A stretch of 64,000 nt of DNA from Syncephalis fuscata S228 (taxonomy: Eukaryota; Fungi; Zoopagomycota): assembly GCA_025786725.1 (NCBI GenBank), contig JAHLTZ010000008.1:744001-808000 (forward strand). Reading direction: 5' to 3'. The position numbers and the translations under genes were made by a program. The notes below the pieces were generated by a model. That model was not told the DNA's origin. It was given only the letters and a program-made list of their open reading frames with translations, and searched no databases. Positions within the stretch are counted from its first letter, which is position 1. Each line of letters opens with the position of its first letter. Below, in pieces: positions 16,350 to 28,403 of this stretch.

Positions 16350-17417
16350 CTATAAATATTAATAAAGTTTAAATTTGATTAAATACAATAGATAGCTTGA
16401 TAGATTGATTATTATATGATGCGTCGTAATTAATTGTTATTATTCTTATTCATATCTAATAAAAAGCTATATATTTTGAGTGTCAAAGCAATAGCATGTA
16501 GTTGCTGCTATGTGTAAGTAATCAATATAACCATTTGCCTCCCAATATCACAGTATAAATATCATTTTGTTAGCATCTTTCTTATAATGACCACAAGAAT
16601 GCAAAGCAAAAGAAAGCTAATGATAAAATTAGAAATAGAATTGAAAGTCGGAAACTCGATACAATGCCATAATAAGCTATTCTTTAAGCATGGCCATTGC
16701 TATTCTAAGCTTCCAGTTTCAGGCATAATTTTTTGATATGGTGGAGTACAATATATCAAGTGAACATCAATCAATGCCATTAATTCTCCTTACTTTATTG
16801 ATAGGCAGATACTGTTGATTTGTTTTAATAATATAACTTTAAACTCGTATACACATGTTCTATATTTATTGTGATATTCAAACTAAGCGGTGCTTTATTC
16901 CAAGTGCCATCATCTAAAGCTATGAGCTGTCTTAATCGTTTTTATCTTATAGAAACCATACAATTGCTGGTTATTCGTAATGTGAAACATTAAAATTTGT
17001 GTTTAAATTTACAGCATTTGTACGAGACTTCTTTTGATATTGGCATTTAAAAATAACAACCACACAAAGCTAGCATTAGTGCAACAAACCACGTCTTGCC
17101 CGTTTTGCACTATTCATATATATAGAAACAAAATGCAATTCTAAAAAAATTGTTCCTCAAATTCTATGTTGGAATATCGGAGATTTGCTACTTTTGAATT
17201 ATTTCCATGTGCTTTTTTACAATTTCTTGTTCAAAGCGTGCATGCCATATTTGTCCAACCTTTATAGCAAATATATCGATTATCTTATAGCGTATTTCGC
17301 TATAAATGTCTGCATTTTTAGCAGGTCTGCTTGTTTAACCATCACATCCTATTTCCTCACGTACTAGTTTTATAGAAAGCACAGCCTCTTATTCAACAGC
17401 TCACTTTTGACATAGTC

Positions 17418-18539
17418 ATGTTTACAATGAAATCAATTCTTGCTATCACAGCTACTGCGCTTATGCTGGTATCAGCTACTCAAGCCACACCAGTTAATGG
17501 CATGTTTGATTTATTCAAAAATACTGGCAAGTATTTACATTAAATATTCTTGTTTTTAATTAACGGTATTATTCACATAGAACCCAATAAGGGTATAAGC
17601 GATGAATTTAAAAGCACACTTGATATGCATAATATTCAGTTAATAGGCGAAAAAATTATATGGACAATTTATACTATCGTGAAGGAAAACAAAATGGAGA
17701 GCCCATTAGAGTTGCATGTGGAGCAAGGTCAAACGCAGACAATAAGGCTCTTAGATTATACAAGGTAAGTTTATAAGCAATAGATATACAAAACCAATGA
17801 TGCGTATGAACAACAGGATCTAATGGGTAATCATCCATTACATAATGAGGATAGCACTATTTCATTTGCTATACCTAAAACTAGCTTCTTTAACGATAAA
17901 ATCATTTGCTATGTTTTGCCATACTACGATTGTCAAAAGAAATTTGGAGCTATTGCTGAAAAATTTCAAAAAAACAACCACAAGCATAGTAATGCTGATG
18001 AAGACAAAATGTTGCAGTTGTGGAAAAAGATTGCAAAAGGTACGAGCTTCTATTGTTTGTATATATATTATAAACTAAACTGCAATCAGGTTTAAACTAT
18101 TTAAAGAAATTGGGATGGCATGCCCACATGAATATTGATGGTAAATATATCATTGCTTATTAATATTAATATTAATAGTGTTATCAGATATTTGCGTCAA
18201 TCAAGACAAAAGTGGATACAAAATACACTTTCTCCGGTTTAGCCATTCCACTCCAGTAAATAAACGTATAAATGTTCAGAGTGTAAATCGATTTATTATA
18301 AGACACACCATAGAGACTATTGAGCATAATAGGCAACTGGTTTTAATTAGTCTACTTGACGACGGTACGCCAGAGTCAAAAAATATGACTGGAAGTCTAT
18401 TGTACGTTACGCGGTGGCCTGTGGCTTTAATGGCCATCCAATAAATTTCTGTCTCTAACGTTAGAAACAGCTAGACCCGTATAAAACTATAATCGACAGT
18501 ATGCTTCTTGGCCCGATAGCGACGAATAACGTGTCTTAA
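17418..18539 (+). CDS. Secreted protein kinase-fold protein (degenerate, pseudokinase)
   Basis: Signal peptide MFTMKSILAITATALMLVSATQA. LWKKIAKG|LNYLKKLGWHAHMNID|DICV resembles the alphaE/catalytic-loop region. Intron positions match the kinase genes at 36492 and 56988. 3' end uncertain. Confidence 0.6.
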
Positions 18540-19643
18540 AATAATCGACATTTCTTAAATAAAATTGTAATGTGTTTTATTTTAATTATTGCATTTTTCT
18601 AATGGCTTTAATATCTTTATTTACTTGTTAATAATCAGCAATGTGTAAATGTTTGATTATACTAACAAAATTTGGCATGTTTTAAACATGTATATATACA
18701 AAATCAAATTAAGGCAACTGAAAGTAGTTTGGTAAATCGTTTCTAATATTTATTTAAATATTGATGATTTTTTACTATAAATCATACACATAATGTAATA
18801 CTAGTTTTTATGTATAATGATAAACAACACCAGCTAATCACTGGTCCAATACATATTATTGTACATCATTACCACTCGATTTATATTATCGCGTTATCAT
18901 ATATGATGTTTTTTCATAAATAAATAACGCAAGCCTCTTTCTTTCGCAAACATTAAAAAACTACAATTAGATAGATAGATAAATAATAATAGATGGACAA
19001 TAATAGATAGACAATAATAGATAGACAATAATAGCTGGTACCTTTAAGGACGACATCCCAAGAAATGCAGCCATGCCACCATGTTAACTTGGTTCACCAA
19101 TACTAGGCATCGTTTATATGGCAAACTTGTATTTTGCACCGTTGTTTATGTGATGTCTACACACATGACGGACCTGTGCACTACGATTCCATTTCCTTGA
19201 ACTTTACCATGTGCTATCACATTATTCATTGGCACCTTCGTATCACCATGTGTGCATCACTCAGTACGCATGGTAATGTTATGCACGCGGCACTCATTTG
19301 CATGCTGTACGTGCCATTATACAGCAAGAGTCGTTTGCTTGCACCATTTCTTTCTCAATAATAACGCTTTCTTTTCTTCTACTATTGCTTTTTCTTCGAT
19401 TACCACTAATACTACAATTATACTACCTCTACACCATCTATCCCCCCCCTACACTACTTCAAAATAATACTACAACTAAGCCTAATACGACATTTATTTC
19501 CTGTATCCTATCATGTTCATTGTAGCAATTGTATAGTATAAGAGATTTAGCAACAATTGCCCTATCATCCCATAGTTACACATAGTAACGCTCCTTCCAT
19601 ATTCTCCCCCTATTCCTTATACCTTTGTCGATAGTTTGCGACC

Positions 19644-22163
19644 ATGGGGCAGGTACCCAGTCGAGGGCCATACGATTCAAATCGTCTACTAGCGGCCCGC
19701 TCTCGGTCGCGCTCTCGCGGCTCTCTGCTGTCTAGGTCTTCATCGGCAGCTGTTACCGTAACTTCGAGTGGACCAGAGCAGGTACGCTCATTTCTATCGG
19801 TCGACGAAGATTCGGATACTATTTTTGGCCGGCTAGACCGAGAAGAGAAGCGTGGTAACGAAATCTGGACCGAGCAGTCCATTTATGGATCCATGACTGG
19901 TCATTCTGCAGCCACTGTTCCTACATCGCGCAATGGCTGTTGCAGCTACGGTGCACGATGCAGCCTGGCTTCGGCCAATCCAGCTGCAGCCGTAGATGGA
20001 AAAGCTTCAATGCCAGGCTACGAGAAGCCTGAAGGTACTCGATATCTTCAACACTCAAGTTACCATTGTGAGTGCTCTAACACCGACGACCGTCCACGTC
20101 GTTCTACCCTACCAGGACTATCCTCGTCTTCATCTTCATCCTCCGCCAATACAGCGTTACCCGGTCGATGCTTAATGCGTCCACCTGCTGTGACGGCTGA
20201 ACCATATCGAATGGATCTCACAGAAAGCTCAAACCGTAACCCACGCAACCGTCTTCGTAAGATGGCCAGTCTAGCAAGCAGTTTGCGCAGCTTTGCCATG
20301 GGTAAACGATCAACACCCAGTGTACGTAGTGAGCGCAGCATGGATAGTATTACATCAGATTCATGTGAAGGCCACTCTACACCTACAAAGGATCCCTCGT
20401 CTGGGCTTGTAGTAGTAACGACACCGACACCTATCTACTCCGCTAATGGTTCGGCAAGTAGCTTTGTTGTATCGGCAAATCATGTCGATGCTACATGTAC
20501 CAGCGAGCTTTCTACAATGTGTGCTAGTCCCGTTGATTGGCAGTCTTCAAGTCATGTCCGTTCCTCTTCGTCTAATACTGCTACAACTTCGTTTCCGTTT
20601 ACCGATGTGCTTGAATATGTGCCTGTAAGACGGGGTAGTGTTCAGGAAATGCCATTACGCAAAAAGTGTTCAATTATTGGCAGTTTTCAACGACGTTCAC
20701 CAAAAGACAGTCCACAAATGGGCATTGCCACTGATATTGGTGCAATGAAATCATGTCCGCTTGTGGCCAGTGCATCGTATGATCCAACGATGCAGTGTAC
20801 TACTCGACAAAATTCAATATCGACTGATGGTAAAGGCTCCAAATCCAGGCCAAAACTAAATATTATTACTGAACTAAATCCAAATGTGGTGCAGCTCAAA
20901 AGTCCAGTTCACTGGTTCAGTTTCATTGGGTGCAGGGCCGACGGCGCTGTGATTTTGGTCAAGGTGCCTCGGAAATGCTTCCTGGTGATCAGGACGACGT
21001 TGATTAGTAAGTAGTAATTAGTCGCAATGTTGTATAATACTTACATTTATTTAGTGCCGATCATTTACATGACATTATCTGGTTTATTGCACGTCGTAAC
21101 TACTTTGCTCCTTTATTGTATCCAAAGCGTGTTCTAGACATTGGCTGTGGCAGTGGGACGTGGATGCGCGTAAGTAACATTATAATGTATAGGCATTAAA
21201 TAATCAACTGACCTTTATATAACAATAGGAAATGGCTACAAGCTTTCCTAAAAGCCAATTTACCGGCATCGATTTAGTCGATGTATTTGCGCGTGATCGT
21301 GCTCCTAAAAACTGTCGCTTCCAACTGGCCAATATACTTGATGGCATGCCTTCTTTAGCGGCAAACCATTTTGATTATATTCACCAGCGAATGCTTGTAT
21401 TTAATATTCCAACCGATAGCTACTCAAGCGTATTTGCGAATACCATCGTCTATTACGACCCGGAGGCTTCCTTGAGCTGATGGAGTGTGATATGCAACTA
21501 CAGCCTGCCGGTCCAGTGGGCACACGTCTTAACGCTATGTTACAGATGGTGTGCAACTCGCGTGGTATCAATCTAGATCATGCTGCTTCGCTAGATCAGT
21601 CTATTACCTCTGCTGGTCTACACTGTATCGGTAGAGAAGTACTGCATGTGCCGGTTGGCGCATGGGCCGGCGTAACAGGCGAGATTGTGGCACGAGTACT
21701 TCTTGGCCAAATATTTTCTAATTTTGAAGACTCCTTTTTACGTCTGGGTTTACTTGAAGATTCATCAAAGTTATTTAGCACTGATGCTACTTTTAATACT
21801 AACAATAACAAAAGCGATTTTATCTCAACAACCTATAAAGACAGTAGCGATTTTGGCCTAAGTACAGAAAGCTGGGCCATGCCTGATATGATGACAGCGG
21901 CAACACCAGGAACGTGTCCAACGTCATCAACAGACATATGTGCTACAGGGTTGTCCGGAATGACGCTACATACTGTTTCAGAGGAATCATCGTTAACTTC
22001 GGCAAATTCCGAGTCATCTTCACATATGCCTCAACGTATTCGCTGGGATGCCGAATCACGAGCCGCCAATCTTGCCGATTTACTTGCTCGTTTCACCAAA
22101 GAAGTTGACGATCGACAAACTCATTTATTAATGCATGTTTTTGTAGCACAGAAAAAGGCATAG
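19644..22163 (+). CDS. Class I SAM-dependent methyltransferase (LaeA-like) with long disordered N-terminus
   Basis: FHWVQGRR..LPGDQDD, NYFAPLLYPKRVLDIGCGSGTWMR|EMATSFPKSQFTGIDL, FDYIHQRML, LELMECD, VPVGAWAG. Introns ~21007-21054 and 21170-21228. Apparent frameshifts near 20890 and 21430. Confidence 0.85.
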
Positions 22164-23478
22164 TATATTATGTGCTTTTGCAAAGCCCCAACACCTACTT
22201 TTTAGAAAATTGTTTTTTTACACTATTGCTATTGCTATGGATTTTCAAACCTTGTTTAATTTCATATTCATTTATTAACTATTCATACTCGATGACTTAC
22301 TTTTAATGTCGTTCATCTTTTATTGTTATTAATCTCATTTTGAGTATTTGAATTTCGATAGTAGCATTTTACACCGGCTATCATTGTTCATTCTTGTTAT
22401 CATGCTCATGTTAATATTATTACGAGTTGACACAGCCTTTAAGGCCATGCAATTTGTTTAAATAAATATACTCTGCACAATAATTAATATTTTAGGTGCA
22501 TTATAAAACAATTTGAAACTATGTACAAATTACATTGTCTCCCATAGCAGTGGTTCATCAGATTGCAATATCTAATGAAGATTTTTTAAACAAATTTAAT
22601 TTTAATTGATTAGTGTTTATATATAATTTCAATAGAAAGAGGTATCACTACTGATAGTAGAACAAATTCAACAAATAGAATATTGGCAAACATATTTAAA
22701 GCAATCGATTGCTATCGACAATAGTTGGTATACTTGCTATAAAAACGCAAGTAAATGGTTTAATTGTAGCTATAGCAATGCATAATAAATGTATTTGCTT
22801 ATTCCGGAAGTTCTAGAGTAATATCAGCATGCATTATACTGTCAAATATCCGTCTTTTCAAAAATAAATGCAAAAAGATTATAATTAGACACACGAGGAA
22901 AAGTGAATAATTATTGTTTTCACGCTTAAGCTTGACAAGATACTAATCACATTTGACTTATACATCGAAATATAATGTATGTTTTTGACGGCCATTACAT
23001 TGTGAATTCGTATTGTATTATAGCTTGGACACTCAAGTATGGCATGTAGCTTACGCTGTGATTTGATAGCCATTAGATTGACCAATATTTAAATTTACAG
23101 TTGTTATAAATTAGCCAGTATATATAAATTCAATTGAATCACTAAACTTATTAGTCATTTTTTTAAAAAAAACACGTAGTTTTTTTTAATAAAAAAAGTC
23201 GAATTTGCCACCAACAAAAATAGTCGCTGTTTTTCTGTGATGTGTGGCAAGATAAGTTTAAAAGAACAGTTATATATAAATATATAAATATAATATTAAT
23301 ATCTTATTAATAACACGTTTAATAATAACGACTTCTAGTGTTCAATGATTTTACTGTTATTTAACTTTACTACTATACTCATTATTTTTTATAATGATAT
23401 TGTATATGCGTTCACTTGTGTGTGGTATTATAATTGTAGGAATGTGTAAAGTGTAGAAAGTTTTAGACCAACTTTAGT

Positions 23479-24500
23479 ATGCACCATGTCATTGAACATT
23501 ACTTTGTGCAATCCAAATATCAATGCAGCCTTTTCACCAAAATTTCATCTAAATTATTTATTACGGCGTTATACAAAATAATTGCTACTGAATTCATTAC
23601 ACGTATAGCAGCGGGGACATCAAACGGCGCAAGAAATCCCAGGACATCAAATGACGATTATAAACTTAATTTATTTGTTATTGGAAACTTTAAACCGCTT
23701 ATCGATGCAATGAATTCTAGGAAGCCATTTGATTTAGCTAAAATTGACTTTGAATATCGTATTACTATCAGTAGCAAAACTGATGTTAGGATTAAATTTC
23801 TTAAAAAATAAAAAAATTAATGGTGAAAGTGAATTTATATACGATTTCTGGTTATAAACAATCTAACAATAAAGAAAACTTGGCGACATCACAATTGTTC
23901 CTCGCAATAAATCATCACATGATATGAGTGGCACATTGCGAAGAAAAAAGACTTATACCGTCCTTCTAATTTGCTTCATGTTGTTAGCGTTGTTGGCGAA
24001 ATCTTAGCTTTTGTTTTCATCATACACACCTTACTTTTCAGTCAGCGTCGCCTTTGACCTTGGGAAATTATCCAACGGTATTTTGTACGTAACAAAATAC
24101 TTAGTACTATGCCGCAGTTCATGAGAGACATGAAATCTACCAGTCAACCCAAATCTAAGCAAGCTACAACTATAGATATAGAGTTTTATATGCGTTAAAT
24201 CTACAGAAACAGAATACTTATCACGACCACCAAAATTATAGAATTATTACGTCGACAAGTATCATTAAATGGCAGTATAGCACCATATGTACCACCAATG
24301 ATAGTTGATGAGAAGCAGTAAAATTATTTGCCACACTTTTTTTTGAAGATGAAATTCATGAACTTGAGACAATATTGACTACACAAACTATAAAAACACA
24401 AAATTACAAGGCACAAACGGAAACACAAATGAAAGCACAAGTAGAACAACTTGAACTGGCATCACGACGACTTGCAGCATTTAAGGATAAATAATATCCA
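23479..24500 (+). other. Unclassified degenerate coding-like relic (possible transposon fragment)
   Basis: 110-aa ORF followed by broken reading frames of coding-like composition in AT-rich surroundings. No motif recognised. Confidence 0.25.
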
Positions 24501-24926
24501 AACAACTCAATATTACGTTAAATGAACTAATAAGTAATGATAATAACAATGGTAATAATGGTAGTAATTTATTAAATTATTTGATGGCCCAAATAATAAT
24601 TTTTTAAAGCTCGTTTAACTAAGTTGGAAGCATTTCAACATCGATTGGGAGCATTTTACCTGGACCCTGATCTGTTTAAAAATAATTAATTTATATATTT
24701 GAAGTTATTTTACTTTCACATTTTTTATTTACTCATTTCACTTCCTTTTTAAATATTTTTAAATACAATTAAACATCTATTTATCACTATAAAATGTATA
24801 ATATTACATCCAACATTAATTAATTCATGTGTAATTATCAATACAATAATGTAACTAATTAATTATTTTTATTATTGCTTTAATATATATATATTGTTAT
24901 TTATGATATTGATTGTTCAAAATGCC

Positions 24927-25340
24927 ATTTATTTAGTCAGATTGGCTATAAGGGAAATGACTGTTTAATAGACGACATTTATAATAGTTATATTAATCTT
25001 GAGTTTACATTACAAATATGCCCAAAATGCAATACTAGAATATTAGAAAATAGAAGAGACCATTCAGATGTAATAATCCATATTGTACGTAGATGCAACA
25101 ACAACAAATGCGGAATGACATGGAAGCACAATCATATGGCTTCTATTAATATTCAATCAATCTTTTTATACATGGCTAACAACAATAATAGTCGACCTCA
25201 ATGTTTCAATGAAATTAAATAGTATGCTACATTCTTTAAATTAATAACAATGTTTTAATAAAGAGTAATATAACTATATTGTGCATAACAACGACATGAC
25301 TCTGATTGGAACGAATTTTACTTTGGGAATTCAAGATGCA
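24927..25340 (+). mobile_element. Fanzor/TnpB-like nuclease C-terminal relic with conserved downstream tail (copy A)
   Basis: Stop-free frame ending at TAG 25220-25222: LQICPKCNTR..IHIVRRCNNNKCGMTWKHNHMASINIQSIFLYMANNNNSRPQCF. Zinc ribbon CxxC...CxxxxC plus a RuvC-III-like W-N-R-D-x-x-A-x-x-N-I pattern and terminal RPxxF. Confidence 0.75.
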
Positions 25341-25390
25341 GAAGTCATGCTGTTATGTATAACATAGTTATATTACTTTTTATTAAAATA
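25251..25390. repeat. ~50-bp imperfect inverted repeat with ~38-nt spacer
   Basis: ttttaataaagagtaatataactatattgtgcataacaacgacatgactc versus the reverse complement of 25341-25390, tattttaataaaaagtaatataactatgttatacataacagcatgacttc. Confidence 0.85.
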
Positions 25391-25530
25391 TTATACATGC
25401 TATGTATTATTCCATTTTTAGCTTTTAACTTTAGTACTTGTTAATTGAGTTAAATAAAATGCTGCATCATATAAAATATTGTGTGTTATTTAACATTATT
25501 ATACAATTTAATTAAATTTATTAATCAGTA

Positions 25531-25730
25531 TAGTGTAGTGCGGTTATGTCGGTACCTAAGCCCAGTACCTAGGCCTCTGGGATATCACCCATGGCGGTAT
25601 GAGTTCCGTGGACGTTCGCTTCTATTGCTTGATTTGATAAACAAAATCCCTCTACTCAGAAGGGCAAGCACTGTAGGTATTCTCTTACAGATGCTCGAAT
25701 CTGCCTAACTAGAACGCTACGTAACTTTTT
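25531..25730 (+). ncRNA. Candidate structured Pol III-type non-coding RNA, family unassigned
   Basis: GC-rich island in AT-rich DNA. Ends pair (GTAGTG/CGCTAC, GGTTA/TAACT), several internal hairpins, G-U pairs favour the + strand, ends in TTTTT. Confidence 0.5.
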
Positions 25731-26935
25731 AACACTTAATACAAAATAAAATACAATTCAAAAGGCTTTTCCTTCTTTATTCAAAAGTGTGTTTTGAATC
25801 CTCTTATTATGCATCAAAGATACAGCAAACACAACACAGCAATGCCGAGCTACATATATCAATTTTTATTAATAAAAGAGCTGTAACCATACCGACAACG
25901 GTTATAGACAGCGTATAGCCAATATATAATAAAATGATAAACATTATAATGAATACGCAATATTGAACGAGATTAGTAATGTTCAAGTTATTGAGCATAT
26001 ATGTATGTGCATGAGCAAAATAAGTCAATTTTATTAATAATAGTTCTAGAACAAAAATAAAAACAGTTTTGGATAAAGAAAGTCTAGACAAGTATAAGAT
26101 GATATATAAAATGATAAATGTACGGTAAGAAAACATATAAACCGATGTTAAAGGTACAGTGTGTATACATCATCATGTTCAATAGATTGGACGTTATTAA
26201 ATTTAGTCATTTGATCACCAAATCATAATAAATAACTAATAAATTGTTTAATGTAAAAAGATTATCTTTATTTAATTAATAAATAATGTAATATATACAA
26301 TTCATAAATTAAATGGTATTGTACATAAAAAGACTATGAATAAATTGAAATACCAATGAGTGAATTGTTCAAGTGGTGAAATACAAGAAAGAATAAAAAT
26401 CAATAGCATAAAAGCAAATATATTCATAAAACAATGTCATTAGTAAAATAAGAAGAATGGATATCAATGCATAAACAAATGTCATTATCATAGAACATAA
26501 TATTACAGTTGACAACTCTAAACTTTTAAGCATTAGATTCAGTATATAAGCAACAGCTTTTTATTGTAAATGATGATTTAAACACAAATTAATCTAATCA
26601 GCTCGTCAACTATTTAAATCACTACAATCGATTGCGTAAAATAATTTACTACTCTGGGGGATTAAAGTAGATAGTTAACTAAAAACATTTATACATTACA
26701 ATATCGATGTTAATTAACATTGAAATAATCAACCGTTTACATTTCGTGGCAGCTATACTGCAAAGCGATTAACATGAAAAACGCATAGTACATTCTTTAA
26801 ATCTGCCATTATACTGCAAATAGGTGCAAGTATAACAGCATGTTGTTGAAGAAACAAAGGCTATTCGAGCAATGAAATAAAGCAAACATATCTTAGAGTG
26901 AGTAATTAAGTAATTGTGTTGTCAAACATAATCCT

Positions 26936-28403
26936 TTAAGGCTTCTGGCCATAAAAGTAATAAGCATGAACAAGCGTTCTATGCTCATCGCAGTCTTGCC
27001 ATAGCTCGTCGAGAAGCTTGTCGTATTCCTCTTCCGATGAAACGACACCAATAATAGCGGCCAATTTTTTCAGGCTACGTAATGCCTCATCGATATTGTT
27101 GCGCATCATACGACCAGAAATGCCAGCCCATTCGCCCACGGGAAATTCTACAATGCGCGCCTGAATCTCTATGTAGCCAGCTCGTTTCATTAGTTTGTCA
27201 AGACGACGAATAATGGAAAGATCGAGGCCACGATAAGCAAAACACTGCTCGACAATCTTATTTACGCGATAGCCGATATCACCGACATTCTGAAAGCTGA
27301 AGTCGGTATCAGCCAGCTCGAGAAAACCGCCAGACTGTGTAATGCGAAACAGTTCGCCTACATGTGTTGGCCAGAAAGACGCGGGGATGGCACCACTCAT
27401 CAAGCGTTGGTGAACAAAGTCGTAGCGATTCGAAGAGAATGACAATCCTAATATAGCAAATAAAAGGTAAATAATCGAGTATATATCATTTATATTAGTT
27501 GTATTTACCTTCCAGTATATTTCCCAATTCAAAAGCACAATTGTTTGGCATGTCTGTTTGCATAAAAATGTCGGCAATATCAACGCCAATTAGGCTGGCC
27601 TTTGGATAATCGCGCGCCACTTCCTTCATCCACATACCGGTGCCACAGCCCACGTCTAAAATCCGTTTTGGGTCGTTGACTGGCGCGAGGTATGTGCGAC
27701 GAAGTACATAGCGAATAATGTTGTGCTGCGTATTGAGTCTATCCGTTTCATCAAGATCTGTAGGCCATAAATAATTGGCCATATCTTCATTTAGCATACG
27801 GCGGCCATCCTGCCAAATGTATTTAGCTGGCACAATGCTTGTTGAGCTATTGGAACCTGTTGTACTATGGTCATTGTTGTCGGATTTAATCAGCTTAGGA
27901 TAGCAGTTTTCGTGGCCGAAAGAACCGCCTTCGCTATGACTACGCATCATACCATTAGAAAAATCGTTGGCACTGCTGTAACTATTGCTATGCGTGTGCG
28001 GTCCCTTTACTTGACAAGGAACGTAGTTGGTATCAAGTAGTGCATGGGCGACACAATCTGCACATCCACCGCAGTGCACGAAACCATTGGAAAACTTTTG
28101 AATATGTTCGCCAATATTTGCGGTCATTTGGTCCATACTACGATTATTGTGGACGTGTGCGGATGTTAAATCAACACTTAAACCAAGATGCGATTTATTG
28201 CGTCGTATTCCCGGAATACTTTGTAGAAATTTAGAACCTTTCTTGGTTCCAGGATCAGCCGTAGGAAGTACTTCATGCTGCAGCTGTTGCATACACAATG
28301 GTGATGGGCGTCGATGCTGATGAGGCTGTCGACGGCAAGCATGCTTTCGCGCAGCTTTTGAATCGCTTGCCGTGCTTTTACGTGATGATGTAGTGTTGCC
28401 CAT
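26936..28403 (-). CDS. Class I SAM-dependent methyltransferase (LaeA-like)
   Basis: Exons 28403-27509 and 27447-26936, GT-AG intron 27508-27448. YIWQDGRR, YLWPTDLDETDRLNTQH, ILDVGCGTGMW, YDFVHQRLM, GGFLELADTD, FPVGEWAG, YFYGQKP. Confidence 0.92.

Noticed and set aside
18970-19035. 14-bp tandem repeat (atagacaataatag) as a possible CRISPR-like array
   Set aside because: Contiguous units with no spacers; a simple minisatellite. No CRISPR array seen anywhere in the window.
25531-25560. TAGTGTAGTG read as U2 snRNA, tRNA, 5S rRNA or SRP Alu
   Set aside because: Flanking diagnostic sequences are absent: no U2 stem I, no cloverleaf, no 5S motifs, no SRP helix 8.
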